Shown here piece after piece: positions 41,706-51,898 of a DNA stretch of 64,000 nt. This DNA is from an uncultured Desulfobacter sp. (lineage in GTDB: Bacteria; Desulfobacterota; Desulfobacteria; Desulfobacterales; Desulfobacteraceae), in assembly GCA_963665095.1 (NCBI GenBank), contig OY762069.1, positions 576,001-640,000 of the forward strand, in the 5' to 3' direction. Each line of letters begins with the position of its first letter. The first letter of the stretch is position 1. The notes beneath the pieces were generated by a model that ran no database searches, had not been told where the DNA came from, and saw only the letters and a program-made list of their open reading frames with translations. The translations under genes were made by a program, and so were the position numbers.

Positions 41706-42464
41706 TCATTTGTTGCCGTACACAATAAAAAACGACGGGGATGATTTGGATCCCGCACCGTATGGATTCTTCTTAAAGCATTGGGGAATGTCGCATGACA
41801 GGACATCTTTAAATCCTGCTTTCTGCATGAGATGACCGGCATCGTTCAGGGTGACGCCTTCATATAAAGGCAGGCCGCGGATCAGGCCGGCATAGTATGA
41901 AAAAAATCGGCAGGACCTGAGGCTGCCGGTTTTTACAAAGTTTTTGGCGCCTTTGAGGATCAGCTGGTGAACCCTTGACCAGGTGATATTTCGCCAGTAG
42001 CCGTCTGAAATGATAATTCGGCCGCCGGGTTTCAGAATTCTGTGCCATTCCCTGGTGGCAGCCTGGGGGTTGGGCAGGGTCCATACCAGGTTCCTGGTCA
42101 CCACCACATCAAAGGTGTTGTCTTCAAAGGGCAGGTTTTCCGCATCACCGGTGCGAAAATCAATGCGCAGGCCCAACTCCTCTGCCTTTCGCCCGGCACG
42201 CGCAATCATGCCCGGTGAGATATCAATACCCGTGGTGTCAAATCCGGCCTGGGCCAGATAAAAGGCCAGCTGGCCCGGGCCTGTGCCCACGTCAATGGCT
42301 TTGAGATTTTTCCCGCTGACATGGGAGACCAGATTATTAATGGTGGATTCCCAGTCTTTTACTGTCTGGACCGATTTGTCCTGATCCAGCTCATAACTTG
42401 CACTTCTCCAGTTCCAGTAAGTTTCGATCCGTTTTTGAAAACGGTTCATGCCCAGGGCTGCCAT
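41706..42464 (-). CDS. Class I SAM-dependent methyltransferase
   Basis: IDVGTGPG, GIDISPGM, GDAENLPFEDNTFD, RILKPGG. Confidence 0.93.
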   Translation of the reverse strand: MAALGMNRFQKRIETYWNWRSASYELDQDKSVQTVKDWESTINNLVSHVSGKNLKAIDVGTGPGQLAFYLAQAGFDTTGIDISPGMIARAGRKAEELGLRIDFRTGDAENLPFEDNTFDVVVTRNLVWTLPNPQAATREWHRILKPGGRIIISDGYWRNITWSRVHQLILKGAKNFVKTGSLRSCRFFSYYAGLIRGLPLYEGVTLNDAGHLMQKAGFKDVLSCDIPQCFKKNPYGAGSKSSPSFFIVYGNK

Positions 42465-42736
42465 TGATTATTCCTTTCCTGCATTGAATAGTGTTGGACC
42501 GGATGCAAAAAAAAACCACAAAAATCCGGCATGTCAAAAAAGCACCGTCACCTTCGTGGTTGTTTTTGTTTATGTCTTGTTAAGGCAGACGCTTAGTTTG
42601 CCTTGTTCCGCAAAGCGGTCTGTCACACTGTTGTTTCTCCGGATTCTTCCGGAAAATTCATGCAGGAAAATCCCAATGAACCATTGCCTTCAGGCAAATT
42701 TGATATTTCTATAGTAAATCATAAGAAGATCGTCAA
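42465..42736 (-). promoter_or_regulatory. sigma70 promoter plus ~230-nt structured leader with attenuator-like hairpin
   Basis: TTGACG(42736-42731)-N17-TATAGA; several small hairpins; AACCACGAA...TTTGTGGTTTTTTTTT stem with U-tract before the RBS. Confidence 0.55.
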
Positions 42737-42800
42737 GCTAAATGCTACGGATAAGCATGGACGTATTTCCTATATTTTATGCGTGTGAGAGAAATTGAAA

Positions 42801-43919
42801 TTAGATAAGACAGCCCCGTGCCTGAATGGACTCTTTGACCATGGTCCCGTCTTTTTTCAGCAAAATAAAGTCATTGAATAAATTCATACACAGGGCCATA
42901 TTCACAGGAATGATACTGATGCGCTGGCCTAAGCCCGGCGGGGTTTTGCAGTGACTGACATCAACCCAGCCATGTTCTTCATGGAGTCTGAAAATCCGGG
43001 CGTTTGGATATTCGCACACATATCCCATCTCCATCTTTTCATGGCGCAGCAGCTGTTTGGCGGAAAGGGCTTTGGAGCCTGCGTCAATAATCACCTGGCC
43101 GGGCACTTTGTCCGAGATCACGGTGGCAATGATACGCCCGGCACATTTGTCCAGTGTGCAGTGTCCGAATTTCAGCTCAAAATAGTCGTTCAGATAAGCC
43201 GTGCCCACCCGGATCTCATTAACATGATTAATTTTATGGGTATTGAACAGGGAAGGAGACGAGCCTGACGAAACCGTTGCCGGCTCAAGCCCTGCCCGGC
43301 ATAGTGCCTGATATGCCGGACCCCACATTGCATTAATTTTATCAAAGCTTTCAGGGCTGCGCGCCGTGTCCCCGTATAAATGCCCAAGATAGAGCTGGAT
43401 GCCGTCATATCGCAGCCCTGGTGTGTTCTGCGCGCGCCGGGCAAGAAACGCCATCTCATCAGCGACTGCCGTGCCGCACCGGTGGAGCCCTGCATCATAT
43501 ATAATAAGGATACCGATGGTGGCGTGGTGCGCCAGTGCTGTCTCAGCCAGGCGGTCCATCAGATATACGTCGTCCGCTGCCACCCGGACGGTGTGCCTGG
43601 CAGCCAGTTCCGCGATGGTTTTAATCCGTTCATCTCCCAGGGCAGGGTAGGCCACGGTAATATCTGTTCCTGGTTTTTCCGTCAGCGCCTTGGCTTCTCC
43701 TGCCTTGGCAACGGCAATGCCGTATGCCCCTGCCGCCATCTGCATCCGGGTGATGCAACGGGACTTATGGGTTTTGACATGGGGTCGGACCCTGAACCCG
43801 TGGGCATCGGCATAGGCATGGATGTGCCGGATATTTTTTTCAAGCACAGGTTCCATAATGACCAGGCCGGGTGTGGCAATGTTCGCTGTCTGGCGAAAAA
43901 GGTTGTCGGGTTGTTTCAT
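42801..43919 (-). CDS. Fold-type III PLP enzyme (D-threonine aldolase / D-serine dehydratase-like)
   Basis: RPHVKTHKS PLP lysine, HRCG, YLGH, IDAGSKALS, HEEHG. Confidence 0.88.
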   Translation of the reverse strand: MKQPDNLFRQTANIATPGLVIMEPVLEKNIRHIHAYADAHGFRVRPHVKTHKSRCITRMQMAAGAYGIAVAKAGEAKALTEKPGTDITVAYPALGDERIKTIAELAARHTVRVAADDVYLMDRLAETALAHHATIGILIIYDAGLHRCGTAVADEMAFLARRAQNTPGLRYDGIQLYLGHLYGDTARSPESFDKINAMWGPAYQALCRAGLEPATVSSGSSPSLFNTHKINHVNEIRVGTAYLNDYFELKFGHCTLDKCAGRIIATVISDKVPGQVIIDAGSKALSAKQLLRHEKMEMGYVCEYPNARIFRLHEEHGWVDVSHCKTPPGLGQRISIIPVNMALCMNLFNDFILLKKDGTMVKESIQARGCLI

Positions 43920-44024
43920 CGTCTTTTCCCATGCTGTCACAAATGTTTGACAAACCATAACTATCTATTTTATTTTAAATTCAAACCATCTTCAATGACA
44001 ACTGAATTCATGAGGATTTTAGGA

Positions 44025-46298
44025 ATGGGACAGATTAAAATGTTTTATCTCATGGCAGCGAACATATTTTTGTTGTGCTGTTTCACTGCAGTGGCTCCGG
44101 CAGCTGTTTTTAACGTTGCCACTGTGACAGAATTTCAAACCGCCCTCACCCAGTCGGCCGCCAATGGAGAAAGTGATACCATTCATGTTGGTGCCGGAAC
44201 CTACACCCTGTCATCCACATTAACATACAGTTGTTCTGAAAATTACGCCCTTACAATTGCCGGTGCCGGTATTGACGCTACCTTGATTACCGGCGGGGGC
44301 GCGTCACAGATCCTGTCAGCCACCACAACCCAGGGGGAAGCAGATGTTTTCATTCAGGATATGGCGTTTCAAAGCGGCACCACAGCCGGCAATGGCGGTG
44401 CAATAAGCATCACCACGGTTGCCGGGGATATCACCCTTGTCGACTGTCTGGTGTCTGACAGCACAGCCACCGGGGGCGAAAGTGTCGGCGGCGGTGCAAG
44501 TGTTGGAACGGATACCGGTACGATCACCGTAAGTGCCTGCCGGTTTTTACGGAATCAATCCAACGGAAATGTGGGCGGGCTTTATGCGGCAACCGTTACC
44601 GGTGCGTTGCAGATGAGCGGTTGCACGTTTGAGGAAAACAGCGTTGTGAATACAGGTAGTTCCGGATATTACGGCGATGGCGGGGGCGCCATGTTTTATT
44701 CGGACAGTACAAGCCAGGGAGAGATTTCGAATAATTTTTTTATGAATAACAGTGTGAGCGGCGGGGAAAATTCAGATGGTGGCGGACTGATGACCTATCA
44801 GCTGGGGGCCGGTTCCGCACTAACCCTTGAGCGCAACTCCTTTACAGGCAACAGTGCCAGCTTAGGGGGCGCCGGATGTATTCTCCGCTTCAATGCCAGC
44901 GGGAATGCTACGGTCAGGTATAACTCATTTTCAGAAAATCAGACAACAACCGGGACTGGTGCCGGTGCCATGGTTTATATTGAATCCGGTACCCTGACCT
45001 ATGCGGGCAATACGCATACCAATAACGATTCCGGCGAAGACGGCGCAGGTGCCTGGATCAGTTTGTCTTCGGGAAATGCGGTTATTTCTGATAATGTCTT
45101 TTCCAGTAACCAGAGTACGAATAACGGCGGTGGGCTGAGTGTGGTAACAGAATCTGCAACGCTTGATGTTACGCAAAATATTTTTTACAACAACCAGGCT
45201 GGAAATGTCGGGGGCGGACTCTCTTATGCCACGACCTCCGGCGTTTTAACTGCCGAGAATAACACCTTTTACGGCAATACTGCCTCTTCGGATGGCGGCG
45301 GGGTCTATTGTTATTTTGATCAAAACAGTGCCACGTCCACGTTTAAAAATAATATTTTATGGCAGGATTCTCCCAACGAACTGGGGTTTAGTTCCGGTTC
45401 CGGCGAATCAACTGTGATGATGACCTATTCCAACGTGCAAAACAGTTCAGAGGAGAGCTGGTTCGGGACCGGATGTATCGAAAGTGACCCCATGTTTGTA
45501 AACCCTGCTGCCGGAGAATTTGCGCTTCAATGGGCCGGTTTCCCGACAAATGACAGCAGCAAATCACCCTGCATTGACACCGCAGATCCCACAACTCAGA
45601 ATGATGATGATGAAACCCGGGCAGACATGGGGGCCATCGCATTTTTACAATCCCAGCCCACTGTGACCATATCGAATATGTCCTTGAACAATCCCATGCC
45701 AATACAGCAGGGAGACGCCCTGGCTGTTACCGTGGACGCTGCAGCCGCTGATGGTTCAGACCTTTACTATAAATTTTACTATTGCGGTAATTACGGCACA
45801 GACAGTTATGATACCACACCCTGGACTGTTGTTCAGCCATACTCCAAAAGCAACCGGGCCACGTATACCTTTAGTGAGGACGGCAGCTACGTGATTGTGG
45901 TACGGGTGGTGCCCAACCCGGCCAATGAGCCTGACGACCTGCCCATTGTCGGCGCAGTGGTGACTGTGGGCGGTGATTCCCACACAGTGAACGGTATTGA
46001 TTTTTCCTCAGATATCGCTGGATCCCTGTCTGCGGGTACGCCAGTTACTTTCAGTGTCAATGCTCAGACAGCTGCAACAGATACGGTTTATTATCAGTTT
46101 TATTATCGCGCCAATTATGGCACTGAGGCTTATGACAGCAGTCCGTGGATAACTGCACAGCCTTACTCTGTAACTGACCAGGCAACCTTTAGTTTCCCTT
46201 CAGCCGGCAGCTATATTGTTGTGATCCGATCTGTTCCTGATCCCACCGATGAACCTTCCGCTTTGCCCATCATGGGAGGTGTGGTGGTTGTGGAATAG
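44025..46298 (+). CDS. Exported protein: right-handed beta-helix repeats plus two C-terminal YGT modules
   Basis: Signal peptide ending VAPA-AVF; repeated F..N....GG(G/A) motifs; SPCID..D; two YY.FYY..NYGT modules. Start approximate (44025-44053). Confidence 0.85.
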   Translation: MGQIKMFYLMAANIFLLCCFTAVAPAAVFNVATVTEFQTALTQSAANGESDTIHVGAGTYTLSSTLTYSCSENYALTIAGAGIDATLITGGGASQILSATTTQGEADVFIQDMAFQSGTTAGNGGAISITTVAGDITLVDCLVSDSTATGGESVGGGASVGTDTGTITVSACRFLRNQSNGNVGGLYAATVTGALQMSGCTFEENSVVNTGSSGYYGDGGGAMFYSDSTSQGEISNNFFMNNSVSGGENSDGGGLMTYQLGAGSALTLERNSFTGNSASLGGAGCILRFNASGNATVRYNSFSENQTTTGTGAGAMVYIESGTLTYAGNTHTNNDSGEDGAGAWISLSSGNAVISDNVFSSNQSTNNGGGLSVVTESATLDVTQNIFYNNQAGNVGGGLSYATTSGVLTAENNTFYGNTASSDGGGVYCYFDQNSATSTFKNNILWQDSPNELGFSSGSGESTVMMTYSNVQNSSEESWFGTGCIESDPMFVNPAAGEFALQWAGFPTNDSSKSPCIDTADPTTQNDDDETRADMGAIAFLQSQPTVTISNMSLNNPMPIQQGDALAVTVDAAAADGSDLYYKFYYCGNYGTDSYDTTPWTVVQPYSKSNRATYTFSEDGSYVIVVRVVPNPANEPDDLPIVGAVVTVGGDSHTVNGIDFSSDIAGSLSAGTPVTFSVNAQTAATDTVYYQFYYRANYGTEAYDSSPWITAQPYSVTDQATFSFPSAGSYIVVIRSVPDPTDEPSALPIMGGVVVVE

Positions 46299-46314
46299 AC
46301 ATGCCGTCAGGCAA

Positions 46315-47574
46315 TTACCCTATCTTTACAACCGTTTTGGATGCCCCTCTTTCCGGCGCACTGAATCTGTCAGGCAGGTTATATAACTTGTGCGTGGGAA
46401 AAAAAGACCTGAGCCCAATGGGGCGAGATGTGCCAAAGGTGCTTCCGCCTATGGTGTAGACGACTGTCAGGTTCTGTTGCAGAAAAAAGGTCCAGTTGTT
46501 GTTTTTGCGAACCCCGAATACACAGCCCCAGGGACTGAGACTGTCCAGGGTCGCGTCCCGCCAGCTGGCCTGCCTTTGGAGCAGAATTTTGACTTGCTGC
46601 GCTTTACGAGTGGTCTTAATATTATCCGGTTTGACAATGGTTCCGTCAAAAACGTAGTCGGCTTTGTTGACCTCTCCGAATCCCTGAAGAGACGGGCGCT
46701 GCACCAAAGGGGACATGGACCAGAAAAGTTCCCGCCACACCAGGGCCGCGTCCTTTTTGGCTTTGGCCATGCGAGCCGGTTTTGGCAGCGTATTGGCCAT
46801 TGACGGCCATGGGGGATTGATGCCGGCATGATAAACCGTGGGATGCTGAGGCGCTCCTTCAACAAACACGGAACATCCGTTGATGGCTGCCGTGAAAAAC
46901 AGGTCAGGCCCCTGTCCTGCAGGAAGATCCATACTGACAACACGGGCACTTTTCCAGGGTAGAAAAAAGATGTCAATACCTGATGACTGGCGCATCGTGG
47001 GGGCGTACACCAACTGGAAGCCCCCGTATTCGTTGGCGCCCGGTTTAGGCGTTAACACCATCCTGCTGACAAGTTTTTTATTCTGGGAATCATCCATTTT
47101 TATCTGACTGTAGTCATCCCCTTCAGAACTCATTTTACCATTGCACGGGAGAATGGCGTATTGACGTGCAAATTGAACCGGATCCGTTTTAAACCGTTGC
47201 AGTTCGGAACGAAGGGTATCTGTATCACAGGAGTTGTTGTATGATTTCCAGCAGTTTTTGGCAATGGATTCGATTCGGCCACCAGTGTCCTTGCGAAGAT
47301 TGTCCACTTGAATTTTCAGAGTATTATCGTCCTTGCCCTCCAGAAGAATCAAAAGCAGGGCATAGGCCCGAAGGGTTTTTCGCCTCTGGGTTTCACTGCT
47401 TTTTTTAAACAGTCCCCTCCAGCCGCCGATACTGATGCGTCTGGAAAGGTGATTTGCTGCTTCGGAGTCTTTCTGGGGCAGCAGGTTAATAATGTGGTTT
47501 ACGGCTTCCGGCCCAAGAATCCGGTTGATTTCCTTCATGGTGTCCATGAGTCGTTGCCAGTTGTCTTTTGCCAT
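46315..47574 (-). CDS. Hypothetical protein, candidate CNF1/BLF1-like cysteine deamidase
   Basis: GGAGG RBS; LFFTAAINGCSVFVEGAPQHPTVYHAG. ORF is solid, function inferred. Confidence 0.6.
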   Translation of the reverse strand: MAKDNWQRLMDTMKEINRILGPEAVNHIINLLPQKDSEAANHLSRRISIGGWRGLFKKSSETQRRKTLRAYALLLILLEGKDDNTLKIQVDNLRKDTGGRIESIAKNCWKSYNNSCDTDTLRSELQRFKTDPVQFARQYAILPCNGKMSSEGDDYSQIKMDDSQNKKLVSRMVLTPKPGANEYGGFQLVYAPTMRQSSGIDIFFLPWKSARVVSMDLPAGQGPDLFFTAAINGCSVFVEGAPQHPTVYHAGINPPWPSMANTLPKPARMAKAKKDAALVWRELFWSMSPLVQRPSLQGFGEVNKADYVFDGTIVKPDNIKTTRKAQQVKILLQRQASWRDATLDSLSPWGCVFGVRKNNNWTFFLQQNLTVVYTIGGSTFGTSRPIGLRSFFPTHKLYNLPDRFSAPERGASKTVVKIG

Positions 47575-47714
47575 GCTGCACCCTCCTGATATTTATCGCG
47601 ACATTTAAAATCCATTGGCCCAAAATACGAAAAGCCGTTTAGGTGAATAGAAATATACACCTTCCGGCACTGCAATTGTAAGCTAAATATGCTGGTAAAA
47701 CTGAAAATTCTAAC

Positions 47715-49844
47715 TCAAGAGGTTTTCATGGATAGTGAAATCCTTTTGCGCGGAATGTCCACCGATAAAACACGGACCTTTACCTGCTGCCGGACCTTTA
47801 CAATTTCATTGGGATCTTTAACGAACCGGTCAGCCAGCTGGCTGATGTGGACCAGGCCGTCCTGGTGGACACCGATATCCACAAACGCACCAAATGCCGT
47901 GACATTGGTGACAATGCCCGGGACAACCATGTCCGGTACCAGATCCTTTATCTCATGGATATTTTTATCAAAGGAAAACGCCTGGAACGGTTTTCTCGGG
48001 TCCCGGCCCGGTGTGGCAAGTTCAGTGATGATATCCTTGAGTGTGGGCATCCCTGTGGTTTCAGAGACATAGGGCTTCAGGTCCATACCCTTGAGCGCGG
48101 CCGGATTGTTCATGAGCTGATCCACGCTGCAGCCTGAGTCTTTGGCCATCTGGTTGACAACCGGGTAGGATTCGGGATGAATGCCGCTTTTGTCCAGGGG
48201 ATTGTCCCCGTTCTGAATTCTTAAGAATCCTGCTGCCTGTTCAAAGGCTTTTTTGCCCAGGCGGGGTACTTTTAGAAACTGTTTTCTTGAGGAAAACGGT
48301 CCGTTTTCATCCCGGTATGCCACCATGTTGGCGGCCATGGCACTGTTCAGGCCGGACACCCGGGACAAAAGCTGTTTGGAAGCTGTGTTTGCCTCCACAC
48401 CCACCTGGTTGACACAGGAGATCACTACATCGTCCAGTGCGGTCTGAAGCAGGGTCTGGTCCACATCGTGCTGGTACTGACCCACCCCGATGGCTTTGGG
48501 CTCCACCTTTACCAGTTCGGCCAGGGGATCCATAAGCCTTCGGCCAATAGAGACGGCGCCCCGCACGGTGATATCGTGGTCAGGGAATTCTTCTCTGGCT
48601 GTTTCGGATGCCGAATAGACAGAGGCCCCGCTCTCATCCACCATGATGATATCCACCTCTTCAGGCAGGCCCATCTCCCTGAAAAAGCTTTCGGTTTCCC
48701 GGCCGGCTGTTCCGTTGCCAACCGCCACGGCCCGGATGTTGTGCTGCCGGATCAGTTTGGGGATCAATTTTTCAGCCGCTGTTTTGCCGCCGGGGGTGTG
48801 GGGATGGATCACATCATGGTGGACAAGTCGGCCCGTGGCATCCAGGCATGCCAGCTTGCACCCGGTGCGAAATCCCGGATCCACGGCAAGCACCGGCCGG
48901 CCTCCCAGGGGCGGGGCGAGAAGGACCTGTCGCAAATTCTGGGAAAAAACGGCCACAGCTGTTTCATCTGCCTTAACTTTGAGAATCCGGATTGCTTCAT
49001 TTTCAATGGATTTGGACAGCAGCCGTTTATATGCATCTTCGGCTGCTGTTAAGATCTGGTCGCGCCCCTGGGGGCTGATATTTTTTTTACCGGGATAAAC
49101 CGCGTGGATGACAGCTAAAGCCCTTTTCTCATCCGGCAGTACATGAACCCGCAGGATTTTTTCCCCGGCGCCTCTGAGCATGGCTAAAATACGGTGGGAC
49201 GGTGCTTTAAAAGCGGGTTCCTCCCAGTCAAAATAGTCTTTGAACTTGGCGCCTTCATCCTCTTTGCCTTTGATGGCCTTTGAACGGATCACTGCATTCT
49301 TAATGAACAGATCCCTGATGCCTGCCCGGATTCCTGTGTCTTCGTTGATGATCTCTGCTATGATGTCCCTGGCACCGGCCAGTGCATCCTCCTTAGTGGG
49401 GACGTCAGGGCCGGTGAATCGGTGTGCCTCTTTTTTCAGATCTGTGCCTGCTGCAGCTTCTAAAATCAGCAGGGCAAGGGGCTCAAGCCCTTTTTGCCTG
49501 GCAATTGTGGCCCGGGTTTTTTTCTTGGGCCGGTATTTTTCGTACAGGTCCTCCAGCCGGGTCATGGAATCGGCTTTTTTGATCTGCTGACCTAAGGCTT
49601 CTGTATAGAGCGATCTTTCCTCCAGAGATTTTATGATCGCCTGTTTCCGGGCTTCAAGCTCTTTCAGGGATTTAGCCCTGTCCCGGATATCAGATATAGC
49701 CACTTCATCCAGACTGCCTGTGCGTTCTTTTCTGTACCTGGCAATGAACGGCACCGTACCGCCCTGTTCCAGAAGGTCTAAGACCGCTGTTACCCGGTTT
49801 TCATCTATGCCGGTTTCCCGACTGATTATGGTTTGAATAGTCAT
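47715..49844 (-). CDS. tex: Tex-family transcription accessory protein with S1 domain
   Basis: TVPFIARYRKERTG, DPGFRTGCK, ESGASVYSAS, GVGQYQHDV, FGAFVDIGVHQDGLVHIS. Confidence 0.96.
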   Translation of the reverse strand: MTIQTIISRETGIDENRVTAVLDLLEQGGTVPFIARYRKERTGSLDEVAISDIRDRAKSLKELEARKQAIIKSLEERSLYTEALGQQIKKADSMTRLEDLYEKYRPKKKTRATIARQKGLEPLALLILEAAAGTDLKKEAHRFTGPDVPTKEDALAGARDIIAEIINEDTGIRAGIRDLFIKNAVIRSKAIKGKEDEGAKFKDYFDWEEPAFKAPSHRILAMLRGAGEKILRVHVLPDEKRALAVIHAVYPGKKNISPQGRDQILTAAEDAYKRLLSKSIENEAIRILKVKADETAVAVFSQNLRQVLLAPPLGGRPVLAVDPGFRTGCKLACLDATGRLVHHDVIHPHTPGGKTAAEKLIPKLIRQHNIRAVAVGNGTAGRETESFFREMGLPEEVDIIMVDESGASVYSASETAREEFPDHDITVRGAVSIGRRLMDPLAELVKVEPKAIGVGQYQHDVDQTLLQTALDDVVISCVNQVGVEANTASKQLLSRVSGLNSAMAANMVAYRDENGPFSSRKQFLKVPRLGKKAFEQAAGFLRIQNGDNPLDKSGIHPESYPVVNQMAKDSGCSVDQLMNNPAALKGMDLKPYVSETTGMPTLKDIITELATPGRDPRKPFQAFSFDKNIHEIKDLVPDMVVPGIVTNVTAFGAFVDIGVHQDGLVHISQLADRFVKDPNEIVKVRQQVKVRVLSVDIPRKRISLSMKTS

Positions 49845-49999
49845 GTGCCTTCTATTACCCCGGGTTGCCATGGAAAGTCAATCACCTGGTTTTTAAAGGG
49901 GAAAGATTAAATGCAGGGCTTTTAAACGTCCCTGGAAATAATAGTTTCTTTTTTATCGAAGTTTAATTATGTTAGAGGCGTTTTCGACTGGAGGGAATC

Positions 50000-50788
50000 G
50001 TGGAAAAATTAGTTTTCGGGCTGCATGTTAACAGTAATATCAATATCGAGACCATAAAGAACTCTCTGCTGTTTGAACTGGTTAAAGAAGAGCCGACCGA
50101 ACTGCTTTATAAGACGGAAACGGGCGGCTATATTTTTATTGCCAACTACGGCAGTGTCGTATTTGTGGATGTTGAACAGGGCGAACAAACCCTTATTTTG
50201 CGGTCAATCCGTGAGTTGCTGAGTATTGAGTACACCGCAGATTTTGAAAGTGAAAAATACACCATTGAGATTGACAGCAAAAAACAGCGCAAGGTGTTGT
50301 TCAATAAGGTTATATTAGAAAGCTACCAGGAAGATAAAGTCTATACGGTGATGTTCTCCATCGCCCAGTCCATTGCCCTGGATTATTACAGCTCTCAGTC
50401 TGAACAGCTCCTGGAGGAGACACGGGTTTACACCACGCAGCTTGAAACAAAAGGGAGAGTGGATCTCAAAGGCAGGAAACTGATTCAATATATTGGAAAA
50501 GTCCTGAATATTAAAAACCACATCGCCCGGAATCTCTATATTTTTGACACCCCGCAGCTCATGTGGGAGGAACAAAGTCTTGATCAGCTGCATTCCGCTT
50601 TAACACGCGAGCTTGATATCACGCTGCGTTACCGCTACATTCAGGAAAACCTGGGTATCGTCCAGGAGAACCTGGAACTGTTTAAGGATCTGTCACAGCA
50701 TAGTCACAATGCCCAGCTGGAGTGGATTATCATCATCCTGATTCTCATTGAGGTGATTGATCTCTTTATAACCAAACTGATTCACTGA
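50000..50788 (+). CDS. RMD1/DUF155-family protein
   Basis: YGSVVF, AQSIALDYY, DTP..MWE, LEWIIIILILIEV; GGAGG RBS with GTG start. Confidence 0.85.
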   Translation: MEKLVFGLHVNSNINIETIKNSLLFELVKEEPTELLYKTETGGYIFIANYGSVVFVDVEQGEQTLILRSIRELLSIEYTADFESEKYTIEIDSKKQRKVLFNKVILESYQEDKVYTVMFSIAQSIALDYYSSQSEQLLEETRVYTTQLETKGRVDLKGRKLIQYIGKVLNIKNHIARNLYIFDTPQLMWEEQSLDQLHSALTRELDITLRYRYIQENLGIVQENLELFKDLSQHSHNAQLEWIIIILILIEVIDLFITKLIH

Positions 50789-50846
50789 ATTGACAAAAGA
50801 CAGGTAAAATTTTCCAGTAAAACTCAAGAGGTCAAGGAGTCTGAAA

Positions 50847-51863
50847 ATGAAAAACAGTCTTATGGGTTGGATGTTGTTTTTTTGTGCGCTGGGTACACCG
50901 GTTTTCGCAGTGGCTGACTGCAAAGTTGTCCTGACAGGGTGCAGTATTTCAGGGACTCAAGAAGTTGATAATTCAATTTCATTTACAGTCTTTGCACAAA
51001 ACGCCTGTACAGAAACTTTATACTATAGGTGGTCATTTCATCCTGATTACGGAACAGATGGTTATGACAATACACAATGGACAAGTATGACGGACACAGA
51101 ATATGTTACAGACAGTACGATTTCATATACTTTCCAGACAGTTGGCAAGTACATTGTAGTGGTCTGGGTGGTAAGCGAGCCCATAACTGATCCATCCGAG
51201 CAAATCGGCGTACCTACCATTGGATGGAGTGTAGATATTACCGAAGCAGAAGATAATGCCTGGGTACTATATGACGATTTCAATGATAATGCCGTTGATA
51301 GTGACAAATGGCTGACGGCTCTTGGGGACTCGCCTGAAGAGGTCTCAGGCCGTTTATTTTTTCAAGGTGGTGCCAATATTTTGCTGGGTACTGTTGAAGG
51401 GGCAAGAGGGGTTGAGGCGGAACTGGAACTGTCCAGTGATTCAGGTATCATAAACTCTGAAATGCAGGTCGGATTGAGTGTTTTGAACGATAGTCATGAT
51501 GATGCCGTCTATTCTATTTACTTTGAGCTATCTTCATATGGCAGTCAGGATCAAACAGAGATAGAGCTTAATATTGATGATTATGAAGATCCAGGTGTGG
51601 ATGTTGATCATCAAGTCTTTACGGCAACGACATCTGCCCGGTTTGATCAAAAATATAAACTGGGCATTATTTTAGATGAAGATACGATTAATTTTTATGT
51701 GGACGATGTAAAAGTTTATACGGCAGACTTTGATGATGTTAATATAGACAGAAATTCTGAATTTTATCCCATTGTAGGCACCTGGGCTGATCAAGATTAC
51801 AATCAAATGGCAAAAGGATATGTCGATAACGTCAAGATCATCACACAGTCCATACAGGAGTAA
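50847..51863 (+). CDS. Exported protein: N-terminal YGT module plus acidic beta-rich domain (paralogue 1)
   Basis: Signal peptide (PVFA), LYYRWSFHPDYGT, LYDDFND...W, INFYVDD, GYVDNVKI. Confidence 0.85.
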   Translation: MKNSLMGWMLFFCALGTPVFAVADCKVVLTGCSISGTQEVDNSISFTVFAQNACTETLYYRWSFHPDYGTDGYDNTQWTSMTDTEYVTDSTISYTFQTVGKYIVVVWVVSEPITDPSEQIGVPTIGWSVDITEAEDNAWVLYDDFNDNAVDSDKWLTALGDSPEEVSGRLFFQGGANILLGTVEGARGVEAELELSSDSGIINSEMQVGLSVLNDSHDDAVYSIYFELSSYGSQDQTEIELNIDDYEDPGVDVDHQVFTATTSARFDQKYKLGIILDEDTINFYVDDVKVYTADFDDVNIDRNSEFYPIVGTWADQDYNQMAKGYVDNVKIITQSIQE

Positions 51864-51898
51864 AAACTAAATTATATTAAAATGTAAAAAACAGCAGA

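Noticed and set aside
42465..42736. Cobalamin riboswitch ahead of the TonB operon
   Set aside because: No B12-box (GCCACTG...GGGAAG) seen; kept only as an unknown structured leader.
43380..44024. N-terminal 215 aa of the 972-aa ORF
   Set aside because: Antisense to the PLP-enzyme gene; the signal peptide begins only after ~44025.
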